From the human T2T-CHM13v2.0 reference genome, Homo sapiens, in assembly GCF_009914755.1 (NCBI RefSeq), contig NC_060925.1: a DNA stretch of 64,000 nucleotides; one strand, written 5' to 3'. The notes beneath the pieces were generated by a model. It saw only the letters and a list, made by a program, of their open reading frames with translations. It was not told the origin of the DNA and made no database searches. Each line of letters opens with the position of its first letter. Within the stretch, counting starts at the first letter, position 1. Made by a program: the position numbers and the translations under genes. Shown here piece by piece: positions 45,177 through 59,790 of the stretch.

Positions 45177-45379
45177 CTTCACAGCACAGGGATATTAAAG
45201 AAGGAGGGAAAACACTAAGACCAGCAGGATAAATCCCCTGGGGGAGTACTTGAAACTCATCAAGGAACATCTCAGTAGGAAAGAGGAGACAGGAGCAAAG
45301 AAGCACCAGGCTAGGGCTGGTTCCAGTCATTTTGGCACTTTCTTTTCTCAAATATTTTTACTTAATCTCGTGGCTCAGG

Positions 45380-45649
45380 TCAGCAGCAGCCCGCAGAACT
45401 GTGGCCACAGCTGGAGCTCCCGCCTTGCTGACCACTTCCCCTGTCACAGGAGTTGGAGCTCTGGCAACGGCAACGGTGAGACCTGCGGCATCTGTGGTGA
45501 CTCAGGCAGCAGCTGCGCTCGGAGCTGGGCCCACAGCCCCCAGAGCTTGGGGCACAGCTGGAGGAAGCTGGAGGCAGACACTGTGCTGGGCTCTTTGCAG
45601 GGCACTTGGGCGGAGGCTGGCACTGCTGCTGGTTCTGCTGGCAGGACAT
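45380..45649 (-). CDS. LCE3A: Late cornified envelope protein 3A (89 aa)
   Basis: [24 protein letters not shown]...[39 protein letters not shown]. Confidence 0.96.
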   Translation of the reverse strand: MSCQQNQQQCQPPPKCPAKSPAQCLPPASSSCAPSSGGCGPSSERSCCLSHHRCRRSHRCRCQSSNSCDRGSGQQGGSSSCGHSSAGCC

Positions 45650-45670
45650 CTAGGCAGGAGGTCAGGGAGC

Positions 45671-46298
45671 CTGGGCAAAATAAAAGCAAAGCAAAATACG
45701 TGTCAATGCAGGTTTCAGGCCAGGGCCTCCTCATGCTTTGGTTTAATTGTGGATCCCTTCCCCTAAACTCAGTCTGCCCTCCAGCTAAGACCTGGGGAAG
45801 GGGAATGCAAACGGATCTGAAGTTAAACCGGCCTGATACTGCCCCTTCCTCCGGCCCTCTCCCCTGCCTGGGAGGCAGCTGACACTCCTGGGTGGGCCTC
45901 TGGGGCTCCTGCGCACGCCCTGCGGGGCCTGTCACACCTCCGGACCCGATGCGAACAGCTCCCCCTGCAGGCGTCCCGTGAACACAACGCCCATGACCCT
46001 CCAGGGTGGCGTCTCTCTGGACGCCTGTGAGCGCAGGGTGTGAGGAGGCAACGCATCTCTGCGCACATGAGGAAAAGGGGGTTCAGAGGTCGCAGCATCG
46101 CGGAGCCCCTGAAGTGGCTCGCAGACTTGTCTGTCTTCCTCACTATCCCGCCCATCTCCCATCCCAGTCCCAGCCGGCCACCCACCACAGCCTCTCTGCC
46201 GCCTCCACCGTGTCTGCCTCCTCCCCTCTCCTTGTTGAAGCACAGACGTGTTTGCGCAGCCCTTTCAGCCCAGGTCCTCTCGCCAGCTGGACGCTCAC
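45671..46298 (-). other. LCE3A: LCE3A intron (GT-AG, 628 bp), CpG-rich
   Basis: donor cag|GTGAGC at 46298; acceptor ttttgcccAG at 45672-45671. Confidence 0.8.
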
Positions 46299-46440
46299 CT
46301 GGTTTGGTGGAGGCAGGAGAAGGTTCTTCCTGAGGTGATTGTGGACTGAGGAACCCAGGGCCTCAGCCCTTTTATCCTGGGTATTATGATGCACAGCCCA
46401 ACTATGTGTCCTCCTTTGCTCCCCAAAGGGAGGGGAAGCA
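46299..46440 (-). promoter_or_regulatory. LCE3A: LCE3A exon 1 and core promoter (GATAAAAG 46376-46369)
   Basis: homologous to LCE3D exon 1 and promoter (aggcaggagaagg...ttcctgagg...cccaggg...cttttatc...tgatgcacagcc). Confidence 0.8.
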
Positions 46441-47646
46441 CCACACACTCCCAAGGACCAGGCTTTCAGCATATTCTTAAGGCGCATATTTTGAGGAATG
46501 ACAAAAGGGAAGCAGGAAATCTCGATGACGGTCCAATTATCCACCGTTCAGGCCCTCTGGCTGCTGTTCCACTTTTTTTTCTTCATTCAGCTCACATGCT
46601 CTGAAGCCAGGGTACGTCCTTTGTGGGGCCTGGTAATATGGGGACAAACAGGACACATTTCTCCCCTTGACTAGCTCACAGCTTTTCAGAAGGCCAGATG
46701 GACAACTGAGCAATTAAATCACATCCTATGTGCTAAGCGACGCAGCACAAGTGTGCACAAACATGGCAGGCTGGGGTCACTGCCTTTGGGTGTCAGTCCC
46801 CATTGCTTTGTGGATTCCTTTACATAGGTGATGGAATCAGCCCCTGTGTCCTGAGATGTTGGCTGCACTGAGCTCACTGGACCTGGGTTGAGTAAGGGGT
46901 GGAAGAATGGAGCTGGGGCCATGGCTTGAGAGGTAGTGTCTTCAGGGAATATCATGGCATCTTAAAGGTGGCATTGGGCACTGTGGGGGCAGAGGGGTAG
47001 AGTGGAGGGAGGTGCAGATGGTATAAAAATGTGACCTCCATCTGTGGGATCAACAGAAATCACACTTAATGGGAAAAAAGGGGCATCCGTTTTTGGCTGT
47101 CTGTGAAATGTGCAAGGCTGAATTTAATCCTATATATTATGTTAGTAATTCATTAAAATTTCTTTGAATTTGTTGATAATGATGAGGTTGATGGGGTTGT
47201 ATGCATTTCACTTAATGAATACCTGTGATAATGCTTGAAGTTTGTATATGATGAATTCATAAAAATGGAATATTATTTACTATTTGGTTTTAGTTATATC
47301 AGTGATAAATTTATCAGTGAATTCATCTCTAATAATACAATACAATATGCCATAGCCTCTAAATAAAAACCACTGTAATGAATTTTAAAATAATCTTTAT
47401 TATACTATATATTCTTCCAAGGAAAATAATCACAATTGAGACAATATTAAGTTTCTAATAATCATGAATTTAAATTATATTGTAATTTTAAGCAAAATGT
47501 TATTTTGATCAGAGTATATGAAAGCCTGAAGATGCTTGTTCTTTGGTACAAAATACACTGCTAGAGGATATTAGTTCCTTCTTCCCCTTTGCCTATCACT
47601 CCACTTTGAACAAACTGCAATACCATGCATTCTTTTAAGAGTTCTA

Positions 47647-47873
<227 letters not shown>

Positions 47874-48436
47874 TAGTTCTGCAGAATTATGAATGGAAGA
47901 GTGGGAATTCCTGGTGGAAAGCTGGTGAAAGGCTAGGACAGGTGTGCCAGAAGCATGTTTTTAGGAACATGCTGAATGGGGTCCTCAAGGCTTTGTTAAG
48001 TTTTAGTGTCAGAGCTATGCTGGAAGTAACTTTGCCCTTATATCCTTAAGTACTCCTACTTCCTTCCCTCAGAGGATATAATAATAAAAAGAGACAATTG
48101 CAAAGGATGTGAATGGGCACTTTTGAAATGCCACACTGGGTGTTGTGAATGAGAAGAGCGTAAAGGAAACATAGATCTCTTCGCACTGCTGCACTGACTT
48201 TGCTGGTGGAATGGGTGTGAGAGAAGGACAGGAGGGGATCACCTTGAGGGAAGCATGCTGTTAGTGAAATCTGGGCCTCCTGCAGACTTAATCCTTGTCT
48301 GAACCAAATGCCTTTTCCAGACACAGCCCAAAAGGTTGAGGAGAATGGGCTGTGATACCTTCAGAGCAGGGAAAGTACTTATCTCTTGAATTGTTGGTTC
48401 ACCTAATGCTCTTCTTCTGAGACTGCCAGGCCCAGA

Positions 48437-48699
48437 TCAGCAGCAGTCCTACTGACCTGTGGCAGCAACGGAAGCTCCCACCACTGACCACTGCAATACC
48501 ATGACCATAGGTAGTAACACTGGTGGGATCAGCTCAGGCATCTGAGCTGCTCCTAGAGCTGGAGCCATGGTGAGATGAGCCTGGAAGAGGACTTGGAGCT
48601 GGTCAAAGGTAGTCACTTTAGAACGCACTTGGTGAATTACTTAGGAGTGAAGCACTTGATAGGTGTTTGGTATGGCTGATGGCTTTATTGGCAGCTTAT
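48437..48699 (-). pseudogene. Unprocessed LCE pseudogene (LCE1/2-like), minus strand
   Basis: reverse complement reads cctgctgag ATA AGC TGC CAA TAA AGC CAT CAG... = ISCQ*SHQPYQTPIKCFTPK*FTKCVLK*LP; ends GAC TGC TGC TGA tctggg; acceptor gaatAG at 48723-2. Confidence 0.85.
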
Positions 48700-51600
48700 C
48701 TCAGCAGGATCTATTTAGCACCTATTCAGATGCATCAAATAATAATAAAAAATGTTTCCTTTTGAAATTAAAATCACATTTTGTAGACAATATATAGGTA
48801 AAATAAACAAGTTTCAGAAAGAAAATTTTTTACCCAGATTAATTTCTTTAAGATTTCTTTTTCTCTAGATAAGTATAGATAGGTAGCCATATACATGTAT
48901 TCATAGATATACATGGCCCGGGCCAAGCTCTCGGCTACTTGCAGAAACTCAGCCAAGGGAGGTTGAATAGTGGCTGGGCTGAGAGTCACTTTGCCTTGGC
49001 CTTTAAGGCTATACAATTCCAGGGCCGGTTCCTTCTCTGTCTGGACGTCTCTTTATTCTCCAATCTCTTTCCTTTTTTTTTTCTTGTTCCATCATTTTCA
49101 CCTTTTCTTCTAAGACTTATGAATCCTGCCACAGTGAAACTTCCCTAGTTTCAGACAAGAACTCCTACCTGTGGAGGCAGACTGGAGGAAAGGCTTGTGA
49201 TGAAGCTCCCTTTCCTGGGAGATCCAGGGCTGGGCTCTGAGGTGTGATATGGCTATCGGTGGAGCAGGTCAAGCCTCTTACACTTGCAGGGCAGGTAAAG
49301 GCTCTTCCTGGCATCCTGTGCTTGCTCATTCCTCCTGTGGTGGCCCCATGGAAACTCCCAAGTGGTTGCTTTTTGTTGCCAATGAGGAGATGAAGTTTTG
49401 CCAAGGAACACCCTTTCCTCAGGCTTAGTCCCCACTGAGCAGCCTGGGGATTCCCAAGAAGCCCGTCATTGGATTAGAGATTATATGACTCCAGGTATCC
49501 ATGTGTCTGTCCCTTCTTAGGAAACATCTAGTCACACCCTCTCCTTTAACTTATTTGAAAGAGGGCAGGAGGAAGGGAGATCAGTTGCTGGCCAGGGGAC
49601 TGACAGAACAGAATGGATTTGTAGAAAAGCATATTCAAGACTTAGTGACTCATTGTCTGTGCAAGATGGAGGATATGAATTAGCCAAGATTATGTTATTA
49701 ACTCTCCTAATGATTAGGAGCATAGAAAGCTTTCTTTAGAGAATTTTGAGGTTGAGGTCACAGAAGGACCTTGAAGTGGATATAGCTTCAGGATGTTTGA
49801 AGAAATGGGGGTGGAGGCTTATGATCTACTGGTCAAGAAAGTCCTGGAGGGAAACTTCTGAATCACACTCTGATTATTTTCTTGTATTCTCCTCCTTCCT
49901 TCCATCCCTCCCTCTTTACCTCTATTCTTTTCTTCTTTCTTCCTCCTTCCCTCCCTCCCTTCCTCTTCCCTCCCTTCCTTTGCACCACTAACCAAGAACC
50001 AATTTGGTCTATGAGACCAAACAAAGCCAGTGAATATCACACATGATGTTTCTGTTGTCACTGCAGCCCCAATCAGCTAAGAGTGGTGGGTGGGTACAAA
50101 AGTATCTAAAACTTTAAACCACTGATATGAAGATTCATGGAAGCAGTGACCACCTTGTCAACAGTGTTCCTAGTAGCACAGTGTTCCTAGTAGTTCCCAG
50201 TTTATGGTACAACAGTGATTGTCCCTGGGCATTATGGGACACATGGCTAGAGACTTTTCATCCTTCTGCTCTGAGCACACCCATCTACACACATTCACCA
50301 CATATCCATACACATAATGATGCTCCATTATGACTATTCCTGTCAAACGGAATGAGGGAACCACAGAAGACATCACCAAGGCCATTTTTAGATGATTCAG
50401 TGTCTTGACTATCTCATTGGAAAACAGTAATTCAAACTTCAAACCTGTGCAAGTGTCCCTTCCTTCCTTTGTTCTTTCCTTCCTTCCTTCATTTTTTTCT
50501 TCCCTCCCCCTTTCCTTCTTTCTTTCTTTTTCTTTTCTAATTATTATAAGATGGTTTTCAAATATTCCACTGAACTTTGAACAACTTGGGGAGATCCTTA
50601 TGTTATCATCTTTGAATTTCTAAGCAATGATGAACTGAGAATTGTCTTTATGGAAGGTGTTTAATTAATCTTTGCTGAATTAAACTCACAGCTCTGAGAG
50701 GATAGCGGCCATATCTGGGAACAGAAAATCAGTGAGAACTTGGAGACTGAAAAAAGAAGAGTCACAGAGGCCAAGGGCTTGGCTAATGTCAGGAATTCCC
50801 ATGGCACATGCTCTTGCTCTTGGCCCGTGTCTGGCTTCTGACAGCTAAGTACCCTTGCCCCACTAACATGCTCTGTTCTGCTTATGACTACTGTATTTCC
50901 ATGCTCCCCAGATGAGACTCAAGGCTCAGCAGGGATTTGGATCTCAGGGCTGAGCATGTCCCCTCCACCTCATCAAAGAGCCTCCTCCTTGCTCTGTGCT
51001 TGGGCAATGCTGTGGGGAATCCAGCCTAGAATAGAATAAGGGGATCTGACGAGATATCCTGTTCTGGCCCAGGAGTGGGGCCAAGGGGGAGCATCTGTAG
51101 TGAGCCGAGGAACCTCCTCATTGGGATATTCACAGGGACCTAGCAGGTGAGAGACAGAGAGGCCTAAGGAGGCTGAAATCTTATTTGAGGCTCTGGGAGA
51201 GGAGCCTTAAAGAAATCATGTAATCTGAACCCCCTCAGGAAAAGTGTGGATGCCTGAAGATGTCAAGACCCTGTTTCTTCAGAGTTCCCTCACATGAACA
51301 CAGGAATAGACTGCTTCTTTGTTCCATTTCCTAGGAGTGGGGTCTTACGGATTCAACTTGATGAGAAAATAAGTGTTAGAGAAAGAGTTGCCTGGATGTA
51401 ACTGAGCAATTTCTGGATGCTTTCTCAACCATATGAGGAAATCTATGGAGTGAGATTGGACTTCCCTGAGAACATCTGTCTTCTGTAGCTGATGTGGGTC
51501 ATAGTTGAGCTGACTGCATATTAAAGGCATGGGGAGGGGAAGGAGTTAGGGGTGAAGGGTGTGGGGAAGAGCTAGATAGGATCTGAGGCAAATATGTGGG

Positions 51601-54519
51601 GGTGGGCTTTCTCTATTACCTTCTGTAAATTTACTCTCTATAAATTACTTAATTTCCCAATGCCTCAATTTCCTTATCCATAAAATAGGGATTAAGCTGA
51701 TGGTATGGAATATAAGTATCAATTAATGATATAATAAGCAAGACAATGGGGAGAGGTGGAGCAAGGTAGTCAAATAGAAGCCTCCAGCAATTTCCCCCCT
51801 GCAAGAACACCAAATTGAACAACTATCCACACAAGAAACCAGCTTCATATGAACCAAAAATTAGGTGAGCGATCAGAGTACCTGGTTTTCACATCATGTC
51901 AAGGAAAAAGGCACTGAACAGGATAGGAAACACAGTCTTGAACTGCTGACACCACTTCTTCCTCATCCCATGGCAGCAGCTACATGGCATGGTGAGAGAT
52001 AGTGTGTGCTTCAAAGAAAGAGAGTGCAGTGATTGTGGGACTTTGCATTGAAACTCAGCGCTGCCTTGTCACAGTAAAAAGAAGCATGGGGTAGAATTCA
52101 GCTAATGCCCATGGAGAGACCATTTAGACCAGCCCCAGCCAGAGAGGAATTGCCCATGCCAGGAGTTGAAATCTGAGTTCTGGCTAGCCCCATCACCATG
52201 GACTAAGTATTCTGGGATTCTAAATAAACTTGAAAGGCAGTCTAGGCCACAAGGACATAAATTCCTGAGCAAGTCCTGGTGCTCTGCTGGGCTCGGAGCC
52301 AGTGGACTTGGGGTGCACATGACCTAGTGAGACACCAGCCAGGGCAGCCAAGGGAGTGCTTGTCTTACTTCTTCCCCAACCCTAGGCAGCACAGCTTACT
52401 GCCCTGGGAAAGACTCCTTCCTGACACTTGAGGAGAGGACAGAAGAGAGTAAAGAGTACTTAGCCTTGCAACTTGGATAGCAGCTCAGCCACAGTATAAT
52501 AGGGCACCATGCAGTGGCCTAAGGCCCCCATTCCCTGCCCTAGCTCCCAGTTGACAATTCTAGACACAGCCTGGGCCAGAAAGGAACCCACTGCCTTGAA
52601 GGAAAGGACCCAGTCCTGGCAGGATTCATCACCTGCTGACTAAAGAGCCCTTGGGCCTTGAATAATCATCCGTGGTAACCAGACAGTTTTCACCTCAGGT
52701 TTTGGGTAAGACCCAGGGCTGTGCTGGCTTCAGGGGTGACCCAGTGCCTTCTCAGCTGTGGTGGCTATGGGAGAAGACTCTTTCTGCTTTAGGAAAGGAG
52801 AGGAAAGAGTAAAGGGAACTTTGTCCTGCAGCTTGGGCACTGGCTCGACCACAGTGGGATAAGCACCAAGCAGGCTCCCAGGGTCCCTGATTCCAGATCT
52901 TGGCTCCTGGACAGCATTTCTGGACCTACCCTGGGCCAGAGAGGAGCCCATTGCCCTGGAGGGAGAGACCCAGGCCTGGCAGCATTTACCACAAGCTGAC
53001 TGAAAAGCCCTTGGTCCTTGAGTGAACATCAGTGGTAGCCAGGCAGTACTCACTGGGGGCCTGGATTGGCGGTGGCCATAAGGAGAGGCTCTTTCTGCAT
53101 AAGGAAAAGAATAAAAAGAGTGGGAAGGACTTTAGTGGCTTTGGTGCCAGCTATCCACAGCAAAATAGAGGACCAAGTAGCTTCCTAAGATTCCCAACTC
53201 TAGTCTCTGGCTCCTGCATGGCATTCTGGGGCCTGCCCTGGGCTGGGGTACAGCTCACTGCCCTGAAGCGTAGGACACAAGCCCAGTTGGATTCACCACA
53301 TGCTTACTGAAGAGCCCTTGGGCCTTGAGTGAACATCATCAGTAGCCAGGCAATGGTCACTGAAGGCCTTGGGTAAGACCCAGTGCTGTGCTGAACTTGA
53401 GTCTGACCCAGCACAGTCCCAGTGGTGGTGACCGCAGTGGTGCTTGTGTCACTCCTCCCATAGCTCCAGGCATCTCAGCACAGAGAGATTCTGTTTGTCT
53501 TGGGGAAAGTGAAAGAAAGAGAACAAGCGTCTCTGCCTGGTAATCGGAATTTTCGTAAATCTTACCCAAGACCACCAAAACGGTACCTCTACGACTCTGC
53601 AAAAGTCACAGCATTATGGGGCTTGGGGTACCCCCTAATGCAGATACTGCTGCAGTGACTAAAGATTTAGATCACAACACACAATTATCTTTGAAAATTT
53701 GGAAACTTTCCCAAGGACAGGGCGATGTCCTGTCTGTCTTCAAAAGCCCAGACTGCAAAGTCTACAAAAAATACCTAACTCTTCGGTGATCAGACGTGAA
53801 TAAACATCCACAAGCGTTAAAACCATCCAGGAAAATATGACCTCAAGACATGAATTAAAGAAGGCACCAGTGACCAGTCCTGGAGTGACAGCGATATGTG
53901 ACCTTTCACACCGAGAATTCAAAATACCTGTTTTGAGGAAGCTCAACAAAATTCAAGATAACACAGAGAAGGAATTCAGAATCCTATCAGATAAATTTAA
54001 CAAAGAGATTGAACTAATTTTAAAAATCAAGCAGAAATTCCAGAGCTGAAAAACTCAATTGGCTTACTGAAAAATGCATCAGAGTCTCTCAACAGCAGAA
54101 TCAGTAAAGCAGAAGAAAGAATTAGTGAGCTTGAAGATGGGCTGTTTGAAAATACACAGTCAGAGAGACAAAAAAAAAAAAATAAAAATGAATGAAGCAT
54201 GCCTACAAGATCTACAAAACAGCCTCAAAAGGGAAAATCTAAGGTTTATTGGCCTTAAAAAGGAAGAGAGAGAGAGAGAAAGAGAGAGAGAGGAGAGAAG
54301 AGAAGAGAGATTGGGATAGAAAGCTTATTCAAAGAGGTAATACAAAGAACTTTCCAAACCTACCCCAAGCAATCTACTGATTCAGTGCAATCTTTATGAA
54401 AATACCATTGACATTCCTCACAAAAATGGAAAAGACAATCCTAAAATTTATGTGAAACCACACAAAACCCAGAGTAGCCAAATCCATCCTGAGGAGAAAA
54501 ACAAAACAAAACAAAAACC

Positions 54520-56768
54520 TGAGAGAACCAAGAGGAAACCAATCCCAAAGCTATCAGAAGACAAGAAATAATCAGAATCAGAGCTAAACTGAAGGCAATC
54601 AAGACACACACAAAAAAACCATTCAAAAGATCAACAAATTCAGCAGTTGGTTTTTTGAAAAAAATTAATAAAATAGATAGACAACTAGCTAGACTAATAA
54701 AGAAGAAAAGAGAGAAGATCCAAATAAACACAATCAGAAACAACAGGGGAGGTTACCACTGACCCTACAGAAATATAAACACCCATCAGAGGCTACAATG
54801 AACACCTCTATGCACACAAACTAGAAAACCTGGAAGAGATGGATAAATTCTTGGACACATACAGTCTCCTAAGACTGAACCAGGAAGAATGGATTCCATG
54901 AACAGACTAATGATGAATTCCAAAATTGAATAAGTAATAAGCAGGCTACCAACCAAAAAAAAAAAAAAAAAGAAAGCCCAGGACCAGGTGGATTCACAGC
55001 TGAATCCTACCAGAAGTACAAAGAAGAGCTGGTAGTATACCTACTGAAACTGTTCCAAAATATTGAGGAGGAGGGATGACTCCCCAACTCATTCTGTGAG
55101 GCCAGCATCATCCTGATACCAAAAAACCTGGCAGAGGCACAACAAAAGAGAAAAATGCAGGCCAATAACCTTGATAAACATTGGTGCGAAAATTCTCAAC
55201 AAAATACTTACAAATCAAGTGTCAAACTACAAATGACATTCTTCACGAACTAGAAAAAACTATTTTAAAATTTAAATGGAACCAAAAAAGAGCCCAAATA
55301 CCCAAGGCAATGCTAAGCAAAAATAACAAAGCTGGAGGTATCACATTACCCAATTTCAAACTGTACTACAAAGCTACAGTAATCAAAACAGCATATTACC
55401 GGTACAAAACCAGACACATAGAAAAATGGAACAGAGTAGAGAGCCCAGGAATAAGGCTGCACACCTATAGCCATCTGATCTTCAATAAAATTGACAGAAA
55501 TAAGCAATGGGGAAAGTACTATCTATTCAATAAATTGTGCTAATTGTCTAATCATAAACAGAAGACAGAAACTGGACCCCTTCCTTACACCATATACAAA
55601 ATTCAACTCAAGATGGATGAAAGACTTACGTGTAAAATCTAAAACTATAAAAACCTTGGAAGACGACTTAGGCAATAACATTCTAGACATAGGAATGGGC
55701 AAAGATTTCATGATAAAGATGCCAAAAATAATCACAACAAAAGCAAAAATTGACAAATGGGATCTAATTAAATTTAAGAGCTTCTGAACAGGAAAAGAAA
55801 CTATAACAGAGTAAACAGACAACCTACAAAATGGGAGAAAATTTTTGCAAATTAAGCATCTGACAAAGATCTAATATCCAGCATCTATAAGAAACTTAAA
55901 CAAATTTACAAGAAAAAAGCAACCCCATTAAAAAGTGGGCAAAGTAAATGAACAGACACTTTTCAAAAAATTACATACATGTAGCCAGCAATCATATTAA
56001 AAAAAAGTTCAGTATCATTGACCATTACAGAAACACAAATCAAAACCACAATGAGATGTCATCTCACACCAGTCAGAATGGCTACTATTAAAAAGCCAAA
56101 AAATAACAGATACTGGCAAAGTTGTGGAGAAAAAAAAATGCTTATACTCTGTTATGGGAGTGTGAGTTAGTTTAACCATTGCGGATAACAGTGCAGTAAT
56201 TCCTAAAAGAGCTAAAAACAGAACTACCATTCAACATAGCCATCCCATTACTGGGTATATACCCAAAGGAATATAAATTGTTCTACCATAAAGATACATG
56301 CACACATATGTTCATTGCAGCACTATTCATAATAGCAAAGACATGGATTCAACCTAAATGCCCATCAATGACAGATTGGGTAAAGAAAATGTGGTACATA
56401 TACACCATGGAATACAATGCAGCTATAAGAAATAATGAGATTATGTCTTTTGCAGGAACATAAACAAAGCTGGAGACCATTATCCTTAGCAAACTAATGC
56501 AGGAACAGAAAACCAAATATCACACATTCTCACTTATAAGTGTGAGCTAAGTGATGAGAACACAAGGAGGGGAACAACAGACACTGGGGCTTACTTGAGG
56601 TTGGAGGGTGGGAGGAGGGAGAGGATCAGAAAAAGTAACTATTGGGTGCTAGGCTTAGTACCATGGTGATGAAATAATCTGTACAATAAACCCCTATGGC
56701 ATGAGTTTACCTACATAAAAAAACTGCACATATACCCCTGAACCCAAAATAAAAGATAAAAATTAAAA
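54520..56768 (+). mobile_element. Nested 5'-truncated L1PA (about L1PA10-13) lacking the RT core
   Basis: own 3'UTR and A tail at ~56.5-56.77 kb; internal deletion at ~55220. Confidence 0.8.
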
Positions 56769-57375
56769 AACTAGAGGAATCATATTACCTGACTTCAAAT
56801 TATACTACAGAGCTATAGTAACCAAAACCGTATGGTATTGGCATAAAAACAGACATATAGACCAATGGAATCAAATAGAAAATCCAGAAATAAATTCATA
56901 TATCTCCAGTAAACTCATTTTTGACTAAGGTGCTAAGAATATACATTGAGGAAAGGACAGTCTCTTCAATAAGTGGTGCTGCAAAAACTGGATATCCATA
57001 TGCAGAAGAATGAAACTCAACCTATCTATGGCCATATAAAAAATCAAATCAAAATGGACTAAGACTTGATGGACTTAGACCTCAAAATATGAAACTACTA
57101 TAAGGAAACATTGGGGAAACTCTCTAGGATGTTGATCTGGGCAAAGATTTCTTAAGTAATATCCCAAAGCACAGGCAACAAAAGCAAAATGGACAAATTG
57201 GATCACATCAAATTAAAAAGCTTCTGCACAGCAAAGGAACAATCAATGAAGTGAAGAGACAACCCACAGAATGGGAGAATATATTTGCAAACTATCCATC
57301 TGACAAGAGATTAGTAACAACAATATATAAGGAACTCAAAAAACTGTATAGGGAAAAAGTCTAATAATCTGATTT

Positions 57376-57683
57376 TATTTCATTTATTTATTTTCTATTT
57401 TGGGGATAGAGTCTTGCTCTGTCACCCAGGTTGGAGTGCAGTGGCATGATCTCAGCTCATTGCAAACTCTGCCTCCCAGTTCAAGTGATTCTCCTGCCTC
57501 AGCCTCCCCAGTAGCTGGGATTACAGGCCCAAGCCAACACACACAGCTAATGTTTGTATTTTTAGTAGAGATGGGGTTTCGCCATATTGGCCAGGCTGGT
57601 CTCAAACTCCTGACCTCAGATGGTCCACCTGCCTTTGTCTCCCAAAGTGCTAGGATTACAGGAGTGAGCCACCATGCCTGGCC
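57376..57683 (-). mobile_element. AluS inserted in L1
   Basis: full antisense Alu flanked by taataa(t/c)c(t/c)g duplicates. Confidence 0.93.
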
Positions 57684-58769
57684 TAATAACCCGTTTTTAA
57701 AATTGGGCAAAAGACATGAATAGACATTTATCAAAAGCAGATACACAAATGTCAAACAGGCATATGAAACGGTACTCATCGGCGCTTGTTAGAGAAATGC
57801 AAATTAAAACTGCAATGAGATATAATCTCACCCCAGTAAAAATGACTTTTATCCAAAAGACAGGCAATAATGAATGCTGGAGAGGATGTGGAGAAAAGGG
57901 AACACTACTGGTGGGAATGTAAACTCGTACAGCCACTATGGAGAACAGTATGGAGGCTCCTCAAAAAACTAGATATAACTACCATATGATCCAGCAATCC
58001 CACTGCTTGGTATTTCTCCAAAGGAAATGAAATCAGCATGCCGAAGAGATATCGGTGCTTTTATGTTTATTGCAGTACTAATCACAATAGCCAAAATTTG
58101 GAAGCAACCTAAGTGTCCATCAACAGATGAATGGATAAAGAAAATATGGTACATATATACAAGGGAGTATTATTCAGCCATAAAAAGAATGAGATCCTGT
58201 CATTTGCAACAACATGGATGGAACTGGAAGACATTATGTTAAGTGAAATAAGCCAGGCACAGAAAGACAAGCTTCTCATGTTTTCACTCATTTGTGGAAT
58301 GTAAACATTCAAGCAATTGAAATCATGGACATTTTATATACCGTTAGATGTAAAAGAAGAGAAGACCTGCTTTTGGAAATGGAAAAGTAGGTTACTTTAT
58401 ACAAAATTTCCACAGAGAATAACTGTAAAAGCTAGAAAAGACAAAATAAAATATCTGTCTAAATATGTCATCAACCTATCAATTCAGTGAAGATTTTTGG
58501 GACCAAATTCTAAAAAGCAGAGAAGCCAAGAGACAGCCTAGAATGTAACACAACTTTTCTCTTGATACATTTGCCAATTCTGAAAAGCTGTAGCTGGAAG
58601 TTGAGAATATGAGTATATCTGTCAGAAAATTCATAGGGGTCAGGGAGGAGGGAGGACGAAAATTAGATTTAGGGCTGTCAAGAAGGAGGGGTTCTGGTAA
58701 ACACTCCAGGATTTGGTTGGAGCCAGAAGGGCTATAAACTATGAATGAGGAGAATCAGAAATAGAACAT

Positions 58770-59135
<366 letters not shown>

Positions 59136-59279
59136 TCAGATTGGTATTACCTGGGAGTGTTAGTGCTCCCAGCCTAGATGCTTGCTAGAAAGAAAATAAA
59201 ATCGACATTTAGAGACTAAATGACTTCTATAAATTTTTCATATAGAGCTCTACAATTAATGAAAAAAAACCAAATATAT

Positions 59280-59790
59280 TTTTAAAAATTTGACTAGAAA
59301 AAGTAAGAGAAAACAAGCAATGCAAACAGACCAGAGGATATCTAGCTAGTATAGTTATGAGATACATATTTGAAAATATCTATGATTAGTATGCTGAATA
59401 AATTAAAAGGCAAGGTGGAAAACTTGCACAGGGATCTACAAATTCCAAAAGGTAACAACATGGAAGTCTAGACCTGAAAAATTAATAACCAAAATTAAGA
59501 ACTCAGTAGAGAGGTTAAATAACAGACAGCACAACAGAAGAGATAATTAGCAACTGTTAGATTGGACAGAAGAAAATATTGAAGCAAGGGAAGACAAACA
59601 ACCAGAAAATAAAAAAAAAATACAAAATATATATGGACTATAGTGAAAAGTTCTAATATCTAGATAATAATACTTGGAATCCCAGAAGAAGAGAGAGAAC
59701 AGAAATAAGCAGTACATGAAGAAATAATCACTCTGAATTTTGACATACTGACAAAAGATATCAAACCACAGTTCCAAGAATGATTAGGCA
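59280..59790 (+). mobile_element. Very old L1M ORF1-region fragment
   Basis: A-rich; aaattaagaactcagtagagaggttaaataacag, ggaatcccagaagaagagagag. Confidence 0.6.

Larger units (their letters stand above)
51746..58328 (+). mobile_element. L1MA/L1PB-type element with intact 5' region (three internal ~310-360 bp repeats), large internal deletion, nested L1PA and Alu
   Basis: ggggagaggtggagcaag start; repeated gctgactaaagagcccttgggccttga units at ~52635, 52995 and 53303; ORF1 fragment; jump to late ORF2 at ~54360; resumes at 56770. Confidence 0.85.

Noticed and set aside
45250-45935. 144-210 aa ORFs overlapping LCE3A (and similar ones over LCE3D/C/B)
   Set aside because: Shadow frames of GC-rich, low-complexity LCE codons; mostly non-ATG starts, no promoter support
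49890-50535. CT-rich tracts
   Set aside because: Ordinary low-complexity (CCTT/CT)n sequence
52600-53400. Three spaced repeats resembling an array
   Set aside because: Internal repeats of the L1 5' region; not CRISPR-like or novel
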